NCBI GenBank assembly: GCA_001643675.2
Contig: LSRY02000008.1
Location: 434,001-498,000, forward strand
Direction of reading: 5' to 3'
Source: Monocercomonoides exilis PA203
Taxonomy: Eukaryota > Protista > Preaxostyla
Length of the DNA: 64,000 bases
Position 1 is the stretch's first letter. Each line of letters begins with the position of its first letter. Positions 1 through 12,141 of the stretch are shown one piece after another. The position numbers and the translations under genes were made by a program. The notes below the pieces were generated by a model. That model ran no database searches. It was not told where the DNA came from and saw nothing but the letters and a program-made list of their open reading frames with translations.

Positions 1-1640
1 CGAAATGGATGAGGCACAGCATAACACTAAAAGACAATTACGGAGCATCAATGGCTATGATATGGATTCAAGAAGTCAAAACAGAACCACCAGAGTGGAT
101 GAGACACGATATTTCACTTGCTGATAAAGACCGATGGACGATGGCTATGTTTTGGATTCAGTTTGTTCAAACAGAACCACCAGAATGGACGAGGCATGAC
201 ATTACACTTGCTGATAAGTACGGATTAACAATGGCTATGATATGGATTTATAATGTCAAAACAGAACCACCAGAATGGATGAGACATGGAATAACGCTTG
301 GAAATAAAAAAAAAGAAACAATGGCAATGCTGTGGATTCGTTATGTAAAAACGGAACCACGAGAGTGGATGAGACACGAAAGCGCATTTGCAGATGATGA
401 CGGATATGCAATGTCGATGTGGTGGATTCATTTTGTTCAAACCGATCCACCAGAATGGATGAGGCATGACATCACGCTTTGCAACAATTATGGTGCAACA
501 ATGGCCATGTTGTGGATAAGAGAAGTCAAAACAGAACCTCCAGAGTGGATGAGGCATGATTCCACGCTTGCTGATAAAGACGGAGCAACAATGGCTATGT
601 TGTGGATTCATTTTGTTCAAACAGAACCGCCAGAATGGATGAGACACGATATCACACTTTGCAGCAATAACGGAGCAACAATGGCCATGTTATGGATTCA
701 AGACGTAAAGATAGAACCGCCAGAATGGATGAGACACGATGCCACACTTGCCAATAATAACGGATGGACAATGTCCATGCTTTGGATTCAAAATGTCAAG
801 ACAGAGCCACCAGAATGGATGAGGCACGATGCAACACTAACTCAAAAAGATGGCTGGACAATAACAATGATATGGATTCAAGACGTCAAAACAGAACCTC
901 CAGAATGGATGAGGCATGACATTACACTTCGCAGCAACTATGGATCAACAATGGCTATGATATGGATTATCTATGTTAATGAAGAGCCACCAGAATGGAT
1001 GAGACATAACATCACACTTCGTAACAGTAGCGGAGCTACAATGGCTATGATATGGATTTATCACGTCAAAACAGAACCACCAGAATGGATGAGACACAAC
1101 AATGAAGTTGTAGACAAGGAAGGACAGACAATGGCCATGCATTGGATCGAATATGTTAAAACAGAACCACCAGAATGGATGAGACACGATATTAAACTTG
1201 CCAGCAAGAATGAATGGACGATGGCAATGAAGTGGATTCAAGAAGTCAAAACAGAGCCACCAGAGTGGATGAGACATGATGCAACATTAGGGAATATCAA
1301 TAGAAATACGATGGCCATGTTGTGGATAACACATGCGAAAACAGACCCACCGGAATGGATGAGGCATGAAAGCACACTTGCAGACAACGATGGATGGACG
1401 ATGGCAATGTATTTTATTATTTGCGTAAGAGCTGATCCTCCTGAGTGGATGAGACACGATCCCACACTTGCTGATAAGAGCGGAAGGACAATGGCGATGC
1501 ATTGGATAAGAAACATCAAGACAGAGCCACCAGAGTGGATGAGGCACAATGCGGCCGTAAGAGACAAGTACGGAAAAACCATGGGGGATCATTGGAGAAT
1601 TCATGCTGACACAGGGGTACCATCTTGGATGAATGGTTGA
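1..1640 (+). CDS. 30-aa tandem-repeat protein (consensus WMRHDxTLxDxxGxTMAMxWIxxVKTEPPE), 5'-partial, ~18 repeats visible
   Basis: Open frame from the window edge to TGA at 1638-1640; strict 90-bp periodicity; last repeat is a divergent cap (TMGDHWRIHADTGVPSWM). Confidence 0.9.
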   Translation, partial: KWMRHSITLKDNYGASMAMIWIQEVKTEPPEWMRHDISLADKDRWTMAMFWIQFVQTEPPEWTRHDITLADKYGLTMAMIWIYNVKTEPPEWMRHGITLGNKKKETMAMLWIRYVKTEPREWMRHESAFADDDGYAMSMWWIHFVQTDPPEWMRHDITLCNNYGATMAMLWIREVKTEPPEWMRHDSTLADKDGATMAMLWIHFVQTEPPEWMRHDITLCSNNGATMAMLWIQDVKIEPPEWMRHDATLANNNGWTMSMLWIQNVKTEPPEWMRHDATLTQKDGWTITMIWIQDVKTEPPEWMRHDITLRSNYGSTMAMIWIIYVNEEPPEWMRHNITLRNSSGATMAMIWIYHVKTEPPEWMRHNNEVVDKEGQTMAMHWIEYVKTEPPEWMRHDIKLASKNEWTMAMKWIQEVKTEPPEWMRHDATLGNINRNTMAMLWITHAKTDPPEWMRHESTLADNDGWTMAMYFIICVRADPPEWMRHDPTLADKSGRTMAMHWIRNIKTEPPEWMRHNAAVRDKYGKTMGDHWRIHADTGVPSWMNG

Positions 1641-2478
1641 TTGTTTCATTTCAAATGTTTGCCATTTGAGACAGAAAGGAACACAATTTATCATCTGAAT
1701 CAGATGGCATGGGAATATCTGAGCTGCAGTTTCACCACAGTTCAACAATTCTCATGACATTTGCTGAGCTTTGTCCTTTTCGAAGGACTTTTCCATCCTT
1801 CAACAAGAAATTAAGGATTCTCTTCAAAGAATTTCTTCTTCCATCCCATATATACAAATTCACTTTTGTTTTATCTTCTCTCTCAACTATTTTTTTAAAA
1901 TAAAGTCAAAATTTTAATTTTTATAAAGGAGAGTGATTTCTCTTTTTGTTTTGAAGAGTTTTGAAAATATCTTTATTCATTTGGAAAACTTTACAACACG
2001 TCTAATGTGCTAATTTTTTTATGTATTTCGTGATAATTTTTGAAATTTTCACTGGAATAAAATATGTATTGAATTATTTAATCGTTTTGTTTTTATTTTT
2101 ACATGTCAAAAGATGGAGAATATGCTGAAACGAAAGGAGAAGTAATTGCGAAAAAAAAGAGATTGGAGAGAGAAATTTTATTGACATTTTTTTGAGAAAT
2201 TCAAATTATTCTTTATTCGCCTGAATCTTTTTTTATTTTTTGATTTCTTCATTTTATTCAAAAGAAAAAAAAATTCAAAGTTTCACATTGTGAACTTCTG
2301 CATTTGTCTTAATATAGTTCAAAATGAATTTATCTTCTTGTGAAAAAAGAAATGAAGAACACAGATGATTTTTGCATAATCCCATTTTGAAAAAAAAGAA
2401 ATATTTTTCTCTCGAAATTTTTAAGTTCCTCGAAATTTTTTCCAATTTTGCGCAAAACCCGAGGAAACTTACAGATTA

Positions 2479-2925
2479 ATGGAGCATCATTTCTATGAAC
2501 TGAACAAAACGTTTAATCAAACAGTCGACCTTTGGTTGGCAATAAGCATCTGGTCGACGATATTCACCTCTGCTGCATTTTTTATTGCGAGCCTTTTCAG
2601 CTTCAGGTCATTTAAATTGCGGGGCTTTGTGTTTGTGATTGTAGCCATTTGCATTGGCGCTCTGTCAGGCTTTGTTTACGGCTTTTTGATTGGTATCAAA
2701 TTCTATCATTTCCCAAAGAATTAAAACAAATATAATTATTGCTATTTTATGTGTTTCAACATTTATAATGTCGCATTTGAATTTATCTATTTTCTGCTTC
2801 TGGCAGGGCTTGTTCTGGCATCTTCTTTTATGTATTTCAAAATTGGAGCAGATGGCTACATTCTGATGGCCTGGGGCATTGGGATTTCGTTTTTCCTGGT
2901 TTTGCGCTCTGCGATATTGTTGTGA
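2479..2925 (+). CDS. TMEM170-like small three-TM membrane protein, 2 exons (2479-2692, 2807-2925)
   Basis: GT..AG intron 2693-2806 joins ...GFVYGFLI-G to LVLASSFMYFKIGADGYILMAWGIGISFFLVLRSAILL*. The W-x5-W helix, basic loop, GxxxG-rich helix and terminal LR..LL pattern recall TMEM170 (recognised by eye). Confidence 0.7.
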
Positions 2926-3720
2926 ACGTACAATTTCTGGAGTTGAAAACAATTTTTCCAAAAAAGCTTGCGTGCTGTTTGATTCAATTATTGGAATTCC
3001 AATCTTTTCGCCATTGAACGAGCAATCCTCCCGTATGGTGAAATAACCGCGAATGGAATAATGCGTTTGCCAAAATCAATCAGCGTCTTAGTGAAAGACA
3101 TCATATTTCTTACTGGTTTGGGTATTTTTTAAAAATTCATACCGATTCTTATAAAAGGAATCTTCGGAATCTGGCAAAGATGTAATAATTTGACTTCTTA
3201 GCTAATAGTTGGTTTTTCATGCATATGCATTTTGAAATAAGCCATGCTTCTTCAAGTGCACAAGAAGCTTGGATTGTTCATTGAGAACAAAAACTCAAGT
3301 CTTTGACTCAGCGATTTTGGTTCTTGAAGGGAGCTAATCTCAGAAATATATATTATTCGGAATTGGGTATTTTATTAAAGTTCAATTTCCATATCTGTTT
3401 GGATCATTTATTCTTTTTGGTCAACCTTTGGAAACTTTTAAAAAAATTTTTTTCTTTCTCTTTTTGAATAACAAGTTATTGCTTTTTAAGCACGAAAGAG
3501 TTGATAGAGATGTTTTTCAGTGATTCAACATTTTTTATTGAAAAAGACTTGGATGAAATGAAAAATAATACAAATAAAGATGAGAAATATTTCTCAACTG
3601 AAAATGCGTTTAATAAACCATCATACATAAGGAACTCAAACACTCAATAAATTTACAAAGTGAAATGTGCATGAAATGATTTTGATGGAGAAGAAATGAA
3701 AAGAGAAGAATCTGAGTGTG

Positions 3721-5991
3721 CTATTTGCGTGCAAGGGAAGCGAGAGCCATTTCCGAAGAATCCGGAAGCAGGCGCTTCAGATATTCTGGAGAAACTATTT
3801 TTTCAAGCGTTTCCTTTTGGCGCTGCTTCACAAACGTTGAAAACCCCGGCATTTGCTTTTCGAAGGCCTCGCGAAGTGTGGGAGCGCTGTAAAGAGGTGA
3901 CAACAATGCATTTGAATCAGAAGTTGCGGGTAGTAAACGGGCTGTATGAATGGTTGTTGCTTGCTCCATAAACAATGATTCTTTGAAGCAATAAATTTAT
4001 TATGCTATGTCTTGATCAAAAATTATTTCTTTAAACTGGCTTATCTTTTGAAAATAATAAAAAAATACAATTGAAAAAAATAGGTTTCATTTATTCTTTT
4101 TAGGAGGATCGTTGTCCTTGGCAAGTGCAAAAATATCAAGCAATAACAAATATGAATCGACGATTGAAGGTTTATAGTTAAACGCACTTGATAATGTTGA
4201 GTATCCATTTTTGAATTGCCCAGAACATTGCTCAATTGATTTCCTCAAAAAGGTATTTTCCATAGCATCTTCACGCGAAATGATGGGGATGCTGAGATAA
4301 TCCGTTGCCAGAGCAACGTCTGTGACTGGACCAATTGCTGAATTGAAATCACATTTTGAAAGAAGTGCTGCTGCTTTGCGTAATATCTTCTGAAGCCAGG
4401 AATCCAACTCATTCACTCTGTGTGCTTCCTCACCCATCATCTTGCCGTCATCATCTTCTTCTCCTTCATCGTGTTCTGCTTCTGTCTCGTCCACTGCAAT
4501 TCTCATCAGAGCATTCACTGCTGCTTCAAGTGTCACAGTTTGGGCTTCTTTGCATGCCTCGCTGTCTGTACACAACTCCTCAAATACGCTTTTAACTTCC
4601 TCCAAACTCTCCAGATTTTCCAGCATTCGTTCTGCACTGTGTGTCTCTTTCGCTGCTGCTTCAATTTCCTCACCGTTCTCCTCATTGTCCCTGTGGCCAT
4701 TGCCCTTCCTTTCTGTCTTTTTCCCAATCATTTTATCGCATTCCTCTTCCTTCCTTCTTTCTCCCTCATTCGCTTCCTTCTTGTCTGTCTCTCCCTTCTC
4801 TATCTCCCTCATCTCCCTCATCTTCCGCAGTGCCAACAGTATTGCCAGCATCTCCCTCTTCTTTGCCCCCAGATTCTTCAGCATCTCCGTCCCGCCCATC
4901 GACTTCGGGAACCGCTGCGAGAAGTGAGTGAGGACAGAACACACAGGGCACATGGACTCTGCCACAAGGAGCGCCTGTGAGATTGTGGAGTGCTGCTGCT
5001 GAACGGCGTGTCCCTCATCGGAGTCCTGCTGGGCGCACTCGTGAAGGAGGATGGTGGACAACTGCGCCTCAGATGAGAAGAAGTGGGTGGGGCTGGTGTC
5101 TCCCGTGAAGGAGATGCGGAAGATGGAGTGGGTGGTGGAGGAAGGAGGAAGAAGGAGAAATAGATGAAATAACTGATTCTGATGACAAGTCATTCACAAT
5201 ATCACTTCCAACTGATTTCTCTTTTGACAGCAATTTCTCTTCATTCAAGCAGCATTCAACAGTCTGCCCTGCTCTTTCAGTGTTATTCGGCAGCACGAAA
5301 TCCAAAATGGGTGCAATGCTTCCTCGACACGAGTGGTTAGTGTGTGCAAACACAGCTCTGACGATGCGATGGGCTGGAAACAGAACATGTGAGAAGAAAG
5401 AGGAAATGACTGGAGAAGGCTCTGGGGTGAAAACGGGGGAGATTGGGGCAGGGAGGAAAGAAGGGGGAGGAAGAGAAGAAGAAAGAAGAGAGGGATAGAA
5501 TGGTGTGAATGTCGATTGTTCAGAGGAAGAGGAAGAGGAAGAGGAAGAGGAAAGTTTTGAAGTGGATTTGAATGGGAAAGCGATGCAGGGATCTGTTTGA
5601 CGGGGAATATTTTGATTATTAGAGGAAGAAGAAGAAGAAGATGATGATGATGATGACGATGAAGAGGAAGAATCAAAAGAACAATTTGAATCTGACAGCA
5701 AAGAAGCCAATGGAGACTTTACAGTTGGATAAGATGCAATAAGCGAAGTGAAATAGTCAGAAGGTTTTGCATCGAATGCCATTGATGAATGAGAAGGGCT
5801 GAAGCAGCAGAAATGCTGAAGAGGATTCCCCTGATTATCAAAAGCAGGGGAGGAAAAGACGTATTTGTGGTTTATTTGTTGTTTTCGCACTTCAATTGGG
5901 TTATCTTTTGTTGAAATTTTGAGGAAATGGAGAAAGTTCATTGGAGCAGTTGCATTCTTCGCAGTCGCATAAATTTTCAGATGATTGTAAT

Positions 5992-6022
<31 letters not shown>

Positions 6023-6124
6023 AAGAAGAAGAAGAAGAAGAAGAAGGAAAAGATCAAAAAGAAAAATGGAATATAACAAGTTCGATGATGCTCTTTGGAC
6101 GAGCTGGGCTACAAAGGTGAACAA
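3721..6124 (-). pseudogene. Uncharacterised Ser-rich/acidic protein gene, disrupted
   Basis: ORFs 5069-6124 and 4087-5193 overlap in different frames (shift near 5140-5170). A probable last exon (ISQFKEIIFDQDIA**IYCFKESLFMEQ...LARK*) follows an AG acceptor near 4045 and has two in-frame TAA; no clean GT donor. Confidence 0.5.
5993..6046. repeat. (AAG)n microsatellite
   Basis: Perfect AAG run read directly. Confidence 0.95.
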
Positions 6125-7339
6125 GACTCAATTGAAGAAAATGAAGAAATGATGAATGGATTCTAATTTCATAACAGCCAATTGCAGCAACAGACAGCAG
6201 TTTCTTTGTGTGTTGCAACATGAGAATTTTATGGCTATTTAAACATCAAATTCTAAAATACGAAGAAGGCGTTCTTTCCATCAGTCAAGTTAAAAAAATA
6301 TCGTCAATGAAGAGATCGAAGGAGAATAAGAAGAAACCATATAATCTTCAAAAATACTGCTTGAAATAGATCGTCTCTGGGAATGATGCTCAACACAAAA
6401 AATACTGTTGGTTGTGATGGGGGAAAATGATCGATTAAAATAAAAATAATAATTAGAAAAGCATTTATTTTAAAAATTCCTCAAAAGAACACAACTGTCC
6501 TCCCTATTGCAAAAGAAGAAGATTGCCCAATCACCGACGCTGTCAATCTCCTTTTCCATTGTTTCCCAGCGCTCCTTTCTCCATCTTCCTTTATTCCCCT
6601 CTAAAATATCCAGCTTTCTATGTTTTCATCCTCTTTTTTTCCTGAAAAAATATCTCGGCATTTTATTCTTTCCAATAGCAGTCCAATTGTTGTCATTCCC
6701 TTTTGCTTTTATCCAAATGTTTTGAAATTGAATTTGTTTTCATCCTCTGTTCCAATTGAACACAAATAATATTCAATTCCCATCTTCTGGTTGTCTCTCG
6801 GCAGAGCTCTCTTCTGATGTTCTCCTCAGAAAAGCAAAGGAATGGCCATTTATATAATTTATCAGATTCTTGCACTCTGAGAAGGCTACAGATGGAAACA
6901 TCTTTAAAATGAACAAGAATAATAAAAAATGCAAACATCAAACTTTTCATACATTATTTTGGAAAATGAATTTCCTTCAATTATGCGTTTCATATAAAAC
7001 ATCTCCACCAATTCCATCATCAATTCCCATCCGTCGCTGTATCATTCCACCACACAAAATAATATCGCCTATCCTGCAGAAAATATTCTTTTTCCGATCT
7101 ATCATCTTTCCAAGGTTTATTTCGTTCAAAGAAAACAACTCGATCAGATCATCCATTACAACAAACATGAAAAGTTAAATCATTGTTTTCTCTATGAAAT
7201 ATCTTGCCAAAAATGTCCTTATTCAGTTTGATGACGTGAATGAAGGTATAATCCGAAGATATCGTCATCCTCAGATCTTATTGAAATTTTGTCTGTAACT
7301 CAACAATGCATTGCACGTTATTATTATGCTATTGTCGCA

Positions 7340-8626
7340 TGTCGGAAATAAATGGTTTTGGAGAAAAAAATTTTTTTAATTTTTGTGATCAAAAAAAAAT
7401 AATAAAAAATTATATTTAAAAAAATGATTTATTTCCATCAAATTTATGTGAAAAAAGTTGTATTTGATAAAAATGATGTGAAATAATCATCAATATAAAT
7501 TTTTAGGGTTCATATTCAGATGCACTTTCACCATCTCCTGCTCCATTGTCACTTTCTGACTCTGTTTTCTCTCCTTCAACTTTTTCACCAAAAATATCAT
7601 CTATATCAGCAATTTCTTCAGATTCTTCTTCTTCAATTTCGTTTTCCTCTATTTCTTTTTCATCCTCATCATCATTTTCCACGCAAAGGAACTTAATGAG
7701 TTCAATAAAAGTGACGTTAAATGAAGATTTGACAAGATAAAGAGATAGATAATCAAGCATCAATCGAATGCGAGATTCAATAGACAAAAAAGTGCATCTT
7801 AAATGATGCCACAACCCCTCTATTGTATTTGTGCACGCTCCCGTGTCCTTTTAGAAGAATTTCTTTTTGTGGAAAACTTTCAAATGGTAGTAACCCAGAG
7901 TCTCCAAAATGTCGTTCGCTCTCCATTCATCAGACGTAATTGTTGTCCCTTCCTTAATGTTCTTCTGTATCAATGGAATGAGTGTATCTCTTTTTCTGTT
8001 TGGTGCCACGACCATGAATCTTCCTCCAGCTCCTCCATCTTCTTTCCTCTCCACGCCTCCAAAAATCAAAATTTGTTTCTTCATTCTTCCATGATGAAAT
8101 TTTCTTTTCCTCCAAATTGCTTCATCAATTTCAACAATTTTGCCTTCTCCTCCAATAGATACCTGCCTCTCATTCCATATGTCAGCACATGTTTTTCTGA
8201 TGACACTTCCCCAATAGCCAACTGTGTTTTCATCGATTAAAAGGAAAGTTGCAATTGTTTTATTTGGAATTTTCATCCAGTAATATAGGCAAACAAGCAG
8301 AGTGATACCCAATCCTATTTTTGTTTTGCTGAATTTCGTATCGGAAAGGACGCTTGTCTTTGTCTTGCACGTGGGACAGGAAAAATATCTGTATTTTCCA
8401 TTTTTGTGTATATGTTTGAAGACTCTATGCTTGCTGCACATCGGAATGCGATCACTGACGATTTCATAAATGAACCAATCCCATGCCTTATCTTCATTAT
8501 AAAACAAACGATTGAGCTCGGATATTTCTTCTTTTCTGATGAGCTTGACATCACGTGCCATGAGATCAATTTTGATCAAAACCCATAAAATAAATAAATA
8601 AATAAAAATATTGTGGGATTATTTTT

Positions 8627-8663
<37 letters not shown>

Positions 8664-8680
8664 GAAACACATTTCCGACA
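7340..8680 (-). mobile_element. Merlin (IS1595/ISXO2-type) DNA transposon, decayed
   Basis: Encloses an ISXO2-type transposase; short inverted match TGTCGGAAAT (7340-7349) / ATTTCCGACA (8671-8680); no convincing TSD. Confidence 0.7.
7503..8586 (-). pseudogene. Merlin/ISXO2-like DDE transposase with N-terminal zinc ribbon
   Basis: CSKH...CPTC ribbon; motifs IVEIDEA, IFGGVER, ITSDEW, TGACTNTIEGLW. ORFs 7851-8579 and 7503-7814 share a frame, separated by one TAA (7851-7853); ATG at 8586 is one base out of frame in a T4 run. Confidence 0.85.
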
Positions 8681-11600
8681 CATAAAACTATATTATTTAT
8701 TGTTATAATGTGTTAAAAAGACAAAATAATTACAAATTTGTGAATTTTGAAGATGACGATATCTTCGGATCATGCCTGAATGAATATATTTTCATAACTA
8801 TTTTGTGTTGTTTCCGCCTTTGAAGGATGTTTTTGTTGAATTTGAATGGGAAATTGGGGATGGTTTCTGTGTTTCTGTGGATTTGCAAAAATGCAGGAGA
8901 AGAGCGTGTTAAAAGCATTCACTTGTTTGGAAACATTACTTCCCTTGAATAAGAAATGATTGAGATGATATTTCCCTCTTTCTTTTTTAATTTATTTGTT
9001 GAATCGATAAATGTTATGGCATTCTACGAGAAAGAACAGAAACAGAAAATGGAAGAAAAAGAACAATTTGTGTCTGTTTTGATTACTGAAATGCTTGACA
9101 AATCGAAAATGAATAATATAAAATGGAGAAAAAAAAACGACAATGGAAAATTCAGCGCAGCAGTTGAAGCATTTGAGTTATTGCAAAGAGCTGAATGGGA
9201 TAAGGATAGATGGTTTTGTTAATCCTTTACCGAGTTGAAAAATTGGATCGATGATTGTTGATGAAGAAGAGAAGGATGATAAATCACTGATTGTCCTTTT
9301 CGAATGATGATTTTCATCGAATGATTGCCTTTGCTATTTTTTGAAAAATAGCTTGAGGAAACGTCAAAAAGCGGAAATGACTGTTTTGAGGTTGTGTGAC
9401 GCTGATAAATAGAATGTATTATTTCACTTGTTTCATAATTGATGATTGCAATATTTTTTTTTTTATTTTTTTGTGTTGATTAATTTAGGTTTCTTCAAAA
9501 TGATGGCATTGAACGAGACGTCATCAGAAGCGCCTCGGCCACACTGAGCTTGGCATTGTTTGCTGAATTGAGGATATTTTTTGTGAACAGATGATTCAAT
9601 GGAAAACATATGGAAGAGATCATTGCAGATGGGCTGTGTTCAGTGAGAGAAGAGAACAGAGAATAGGAAAAGAAAGAGAATGGAAATGGCTTTGGAATAG
9701 GATTATAAGAGAAAGAAAACAAAATGAGAAGAAGAGGGAGTTGAAGAGATTAAAGTTAAAAACAGAGGAAGGATATGAAGAAGAAGGAAAAAGAAGAAGA
9801 AGAAGAAGAATGGAAAGAATGATCGCATCTGCAATGAGGGGTGATGATCCGTAGAAAATGAAAGTAAAAGAGAAGCCTGCTCAGAGGAATGAAGAGAGGC
9901 AGAAACTGGAGTCAGGACTGTGAGAGATAATGATTGCAGCAGAGATGCAACTACAGAAATTCATGGATGAATTAACGAATATGTGGAAGAACCAAAAAAT
10001 GAAGGAGGGAAAGATGAAAAAATAGAAGACAAAAGAAGAAAGAAGAAAAAACATGGTGAAGAAAAAGAGGAACATGAAGGAGAAAAGAAGGTAATGGTTG
10101 GATCAGTTGTGCAGACGATAATTGGCCATCTTTCATGTTTATTAATTTGTTGGCCAGATTGAGCATCAAAGTCAACAACAGAACAGACACAAATAAAAGA
10201 TGGAGTGTATCTGCCAACATTTCTCCCACAAAAGTGAACAAGCAGCATCAAATGCTCTGAAAGGATTGTCCAGATTGAGCATATCACATCTCCTTTGTTA
10301 TTCACATCTTCATTCCCATCACCAGTTCTGGCATCTTCCACATCAAATACTGATGAGGGCAGAGGGATTTCCTCTTCCTTTTCACCATCACTCATGGATG
10401 GAATGGCTGTTGATGAAGAGATGGATGAATACATCACATGCTCAGAGAATTATGAAATGGGAGAATATTGATAAGTCATTGAAGATTATTCTTTGCATTC
10501 ATTAAATGAATGGAAGATATTATTTCCCACCACAAATGGGAATTGAACAGCTGTTTTCTTCTCATTCATCTCGTTTCTTCCACCCAACAACAAAAACAGC
10601 GAACCCCTCAAATCCACATTCATTTCATTGGTTTAATCAGATTTAAAACGAATGAAGTGGTTGGATATAAATTCTCCTGCATGGCAAATGTGGATTCTGT
10701 TTCTGTTGTTGAAGTAATTGGAAAAGAAAATCTTTTCCAATTCTCATTGAAAGAATCATGTCTGAACATCTTGCTTCGAATGCATTCATCTGAACCTTTT
10801 TCAGCGGAAAAGATGTTCAGAAGATTGTGTCCGATCCATTTATTTTTCTCCTTTCTTCAATGGCATTTCCATAGTTTCCATCTCAAACAGTTCATGAGTC
10901 TTCTTCATTGAATCATTCACGCTCTCTCCTCGAGGTTTTCATCTGTTCTTCAGCTTGCCTTCTTCCACAATTCGAAAGAGACAGTATTCAATCAGAACTC
11001 TGATTTTTGTCATTCAGATATGTTTGAAGAGGATTTCTCACACTTCAATAAATGAGTTTTCAACAACACCAATGGAGTCTATTTCACAAAAGGATTTCCT
11101 TTTTTAATAATCAATTTTATTCTTTCCACACATGTTGTTGTGTAATGTGATTTGTTAATGCGATATAAAAATGTATATTTTTTCGAAGCTTTTTTTTATA
11201 AATCATTAATGTGACGCTGACAGATATTTGTTGTGTCTTTCTCAAAATCTTCACTTTGTGTGAAATCAAATGAAGCATCTGAACGTCAAAGTTCATGTTG
11301 TCTTTGTGAATATTCTGTGTGCTTTTTTCAAGACAGCAACGAAACACTCTCAATTCCCAAAAATGAACAAATATGACTCAATAATTAACTGAATTGCAAT
11401 TGTTGAATCTGATCAAAATGGCTGCAACAAAATCGTCAAAGCACAACAACCAAGAATAACAGTTCTCTCAACTCCAAATCACAGAAATGCTCATTTCATT
11501 TTCAAAATGCCAAAGTGGATTTCCAATCACAAAGGAAAATGAAAATAAGAAAATAAGAAAAAAAAAAAATAACTATATAATAATAATTGAGTTTATCTTT

Positions 11601-12141
11601 GATTATAAACAGAATCAAATAAAAATTATTTTAATTATTATGTAAAAAATTAAAACAAAACAAAACCAAACTTCACAAAATAAAATAAAATTAAATTAAA
11701 ATAGGAAAAAAAATAATTTTCTAAAAATCAAAACATTGTAATTAATTGCTCCAATTGCCCTGGAAAAATAAAAAAATAATCGAAAGCAAACCGAAAGGAG
11801 ATCAATATAAGATATCTTTGAAGCATGTCCAACCATCTGCCAATAGAGCAAAAGCAGCTTCAGAGAAAGAGAGAAAGAAAAGTCATGAATTAAGAAATGT
11901 TGCTAAACAGCCTTTATTTACACACATGCAAATTTGTCGGTTTGTTTGTTTAATGCTTCAGAAATGATATCTTCAATGCAAATGATTCATTCACTCGTGC
12001 GGAATTTTCAGTCTTCATCCATTTCTGGTGCATCTAATTCAACGCTCATCATCTCGCTTCCATCTCCAGCTGCAATGAATTGTTTCATTCGTGATGGCAA
12101 TGGATCTCGCTTCAACCAATAAATCTGCATTATTCCCTTCA

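Noticed and set aside
2985-3360. Minus-strand frame ending MMSFTKTLIDFGKRIIPFAVISPYGRIARSMAKRLEFQ*
   Set aside because: Several stops upstream and no recognisable homology
7319-8698. TATTATT as the Merlin target-site duplication
   Set aside because: Unequal distances from the inverted match and low complexity
8950-11500. Coding-like debris (also ~6200-7200, 37400-37900, 47000-48500, 53300-55750, 57770-58520)
   Set aside because: Stops in all frames and no recognisable motif; cannot be assigned without a database search
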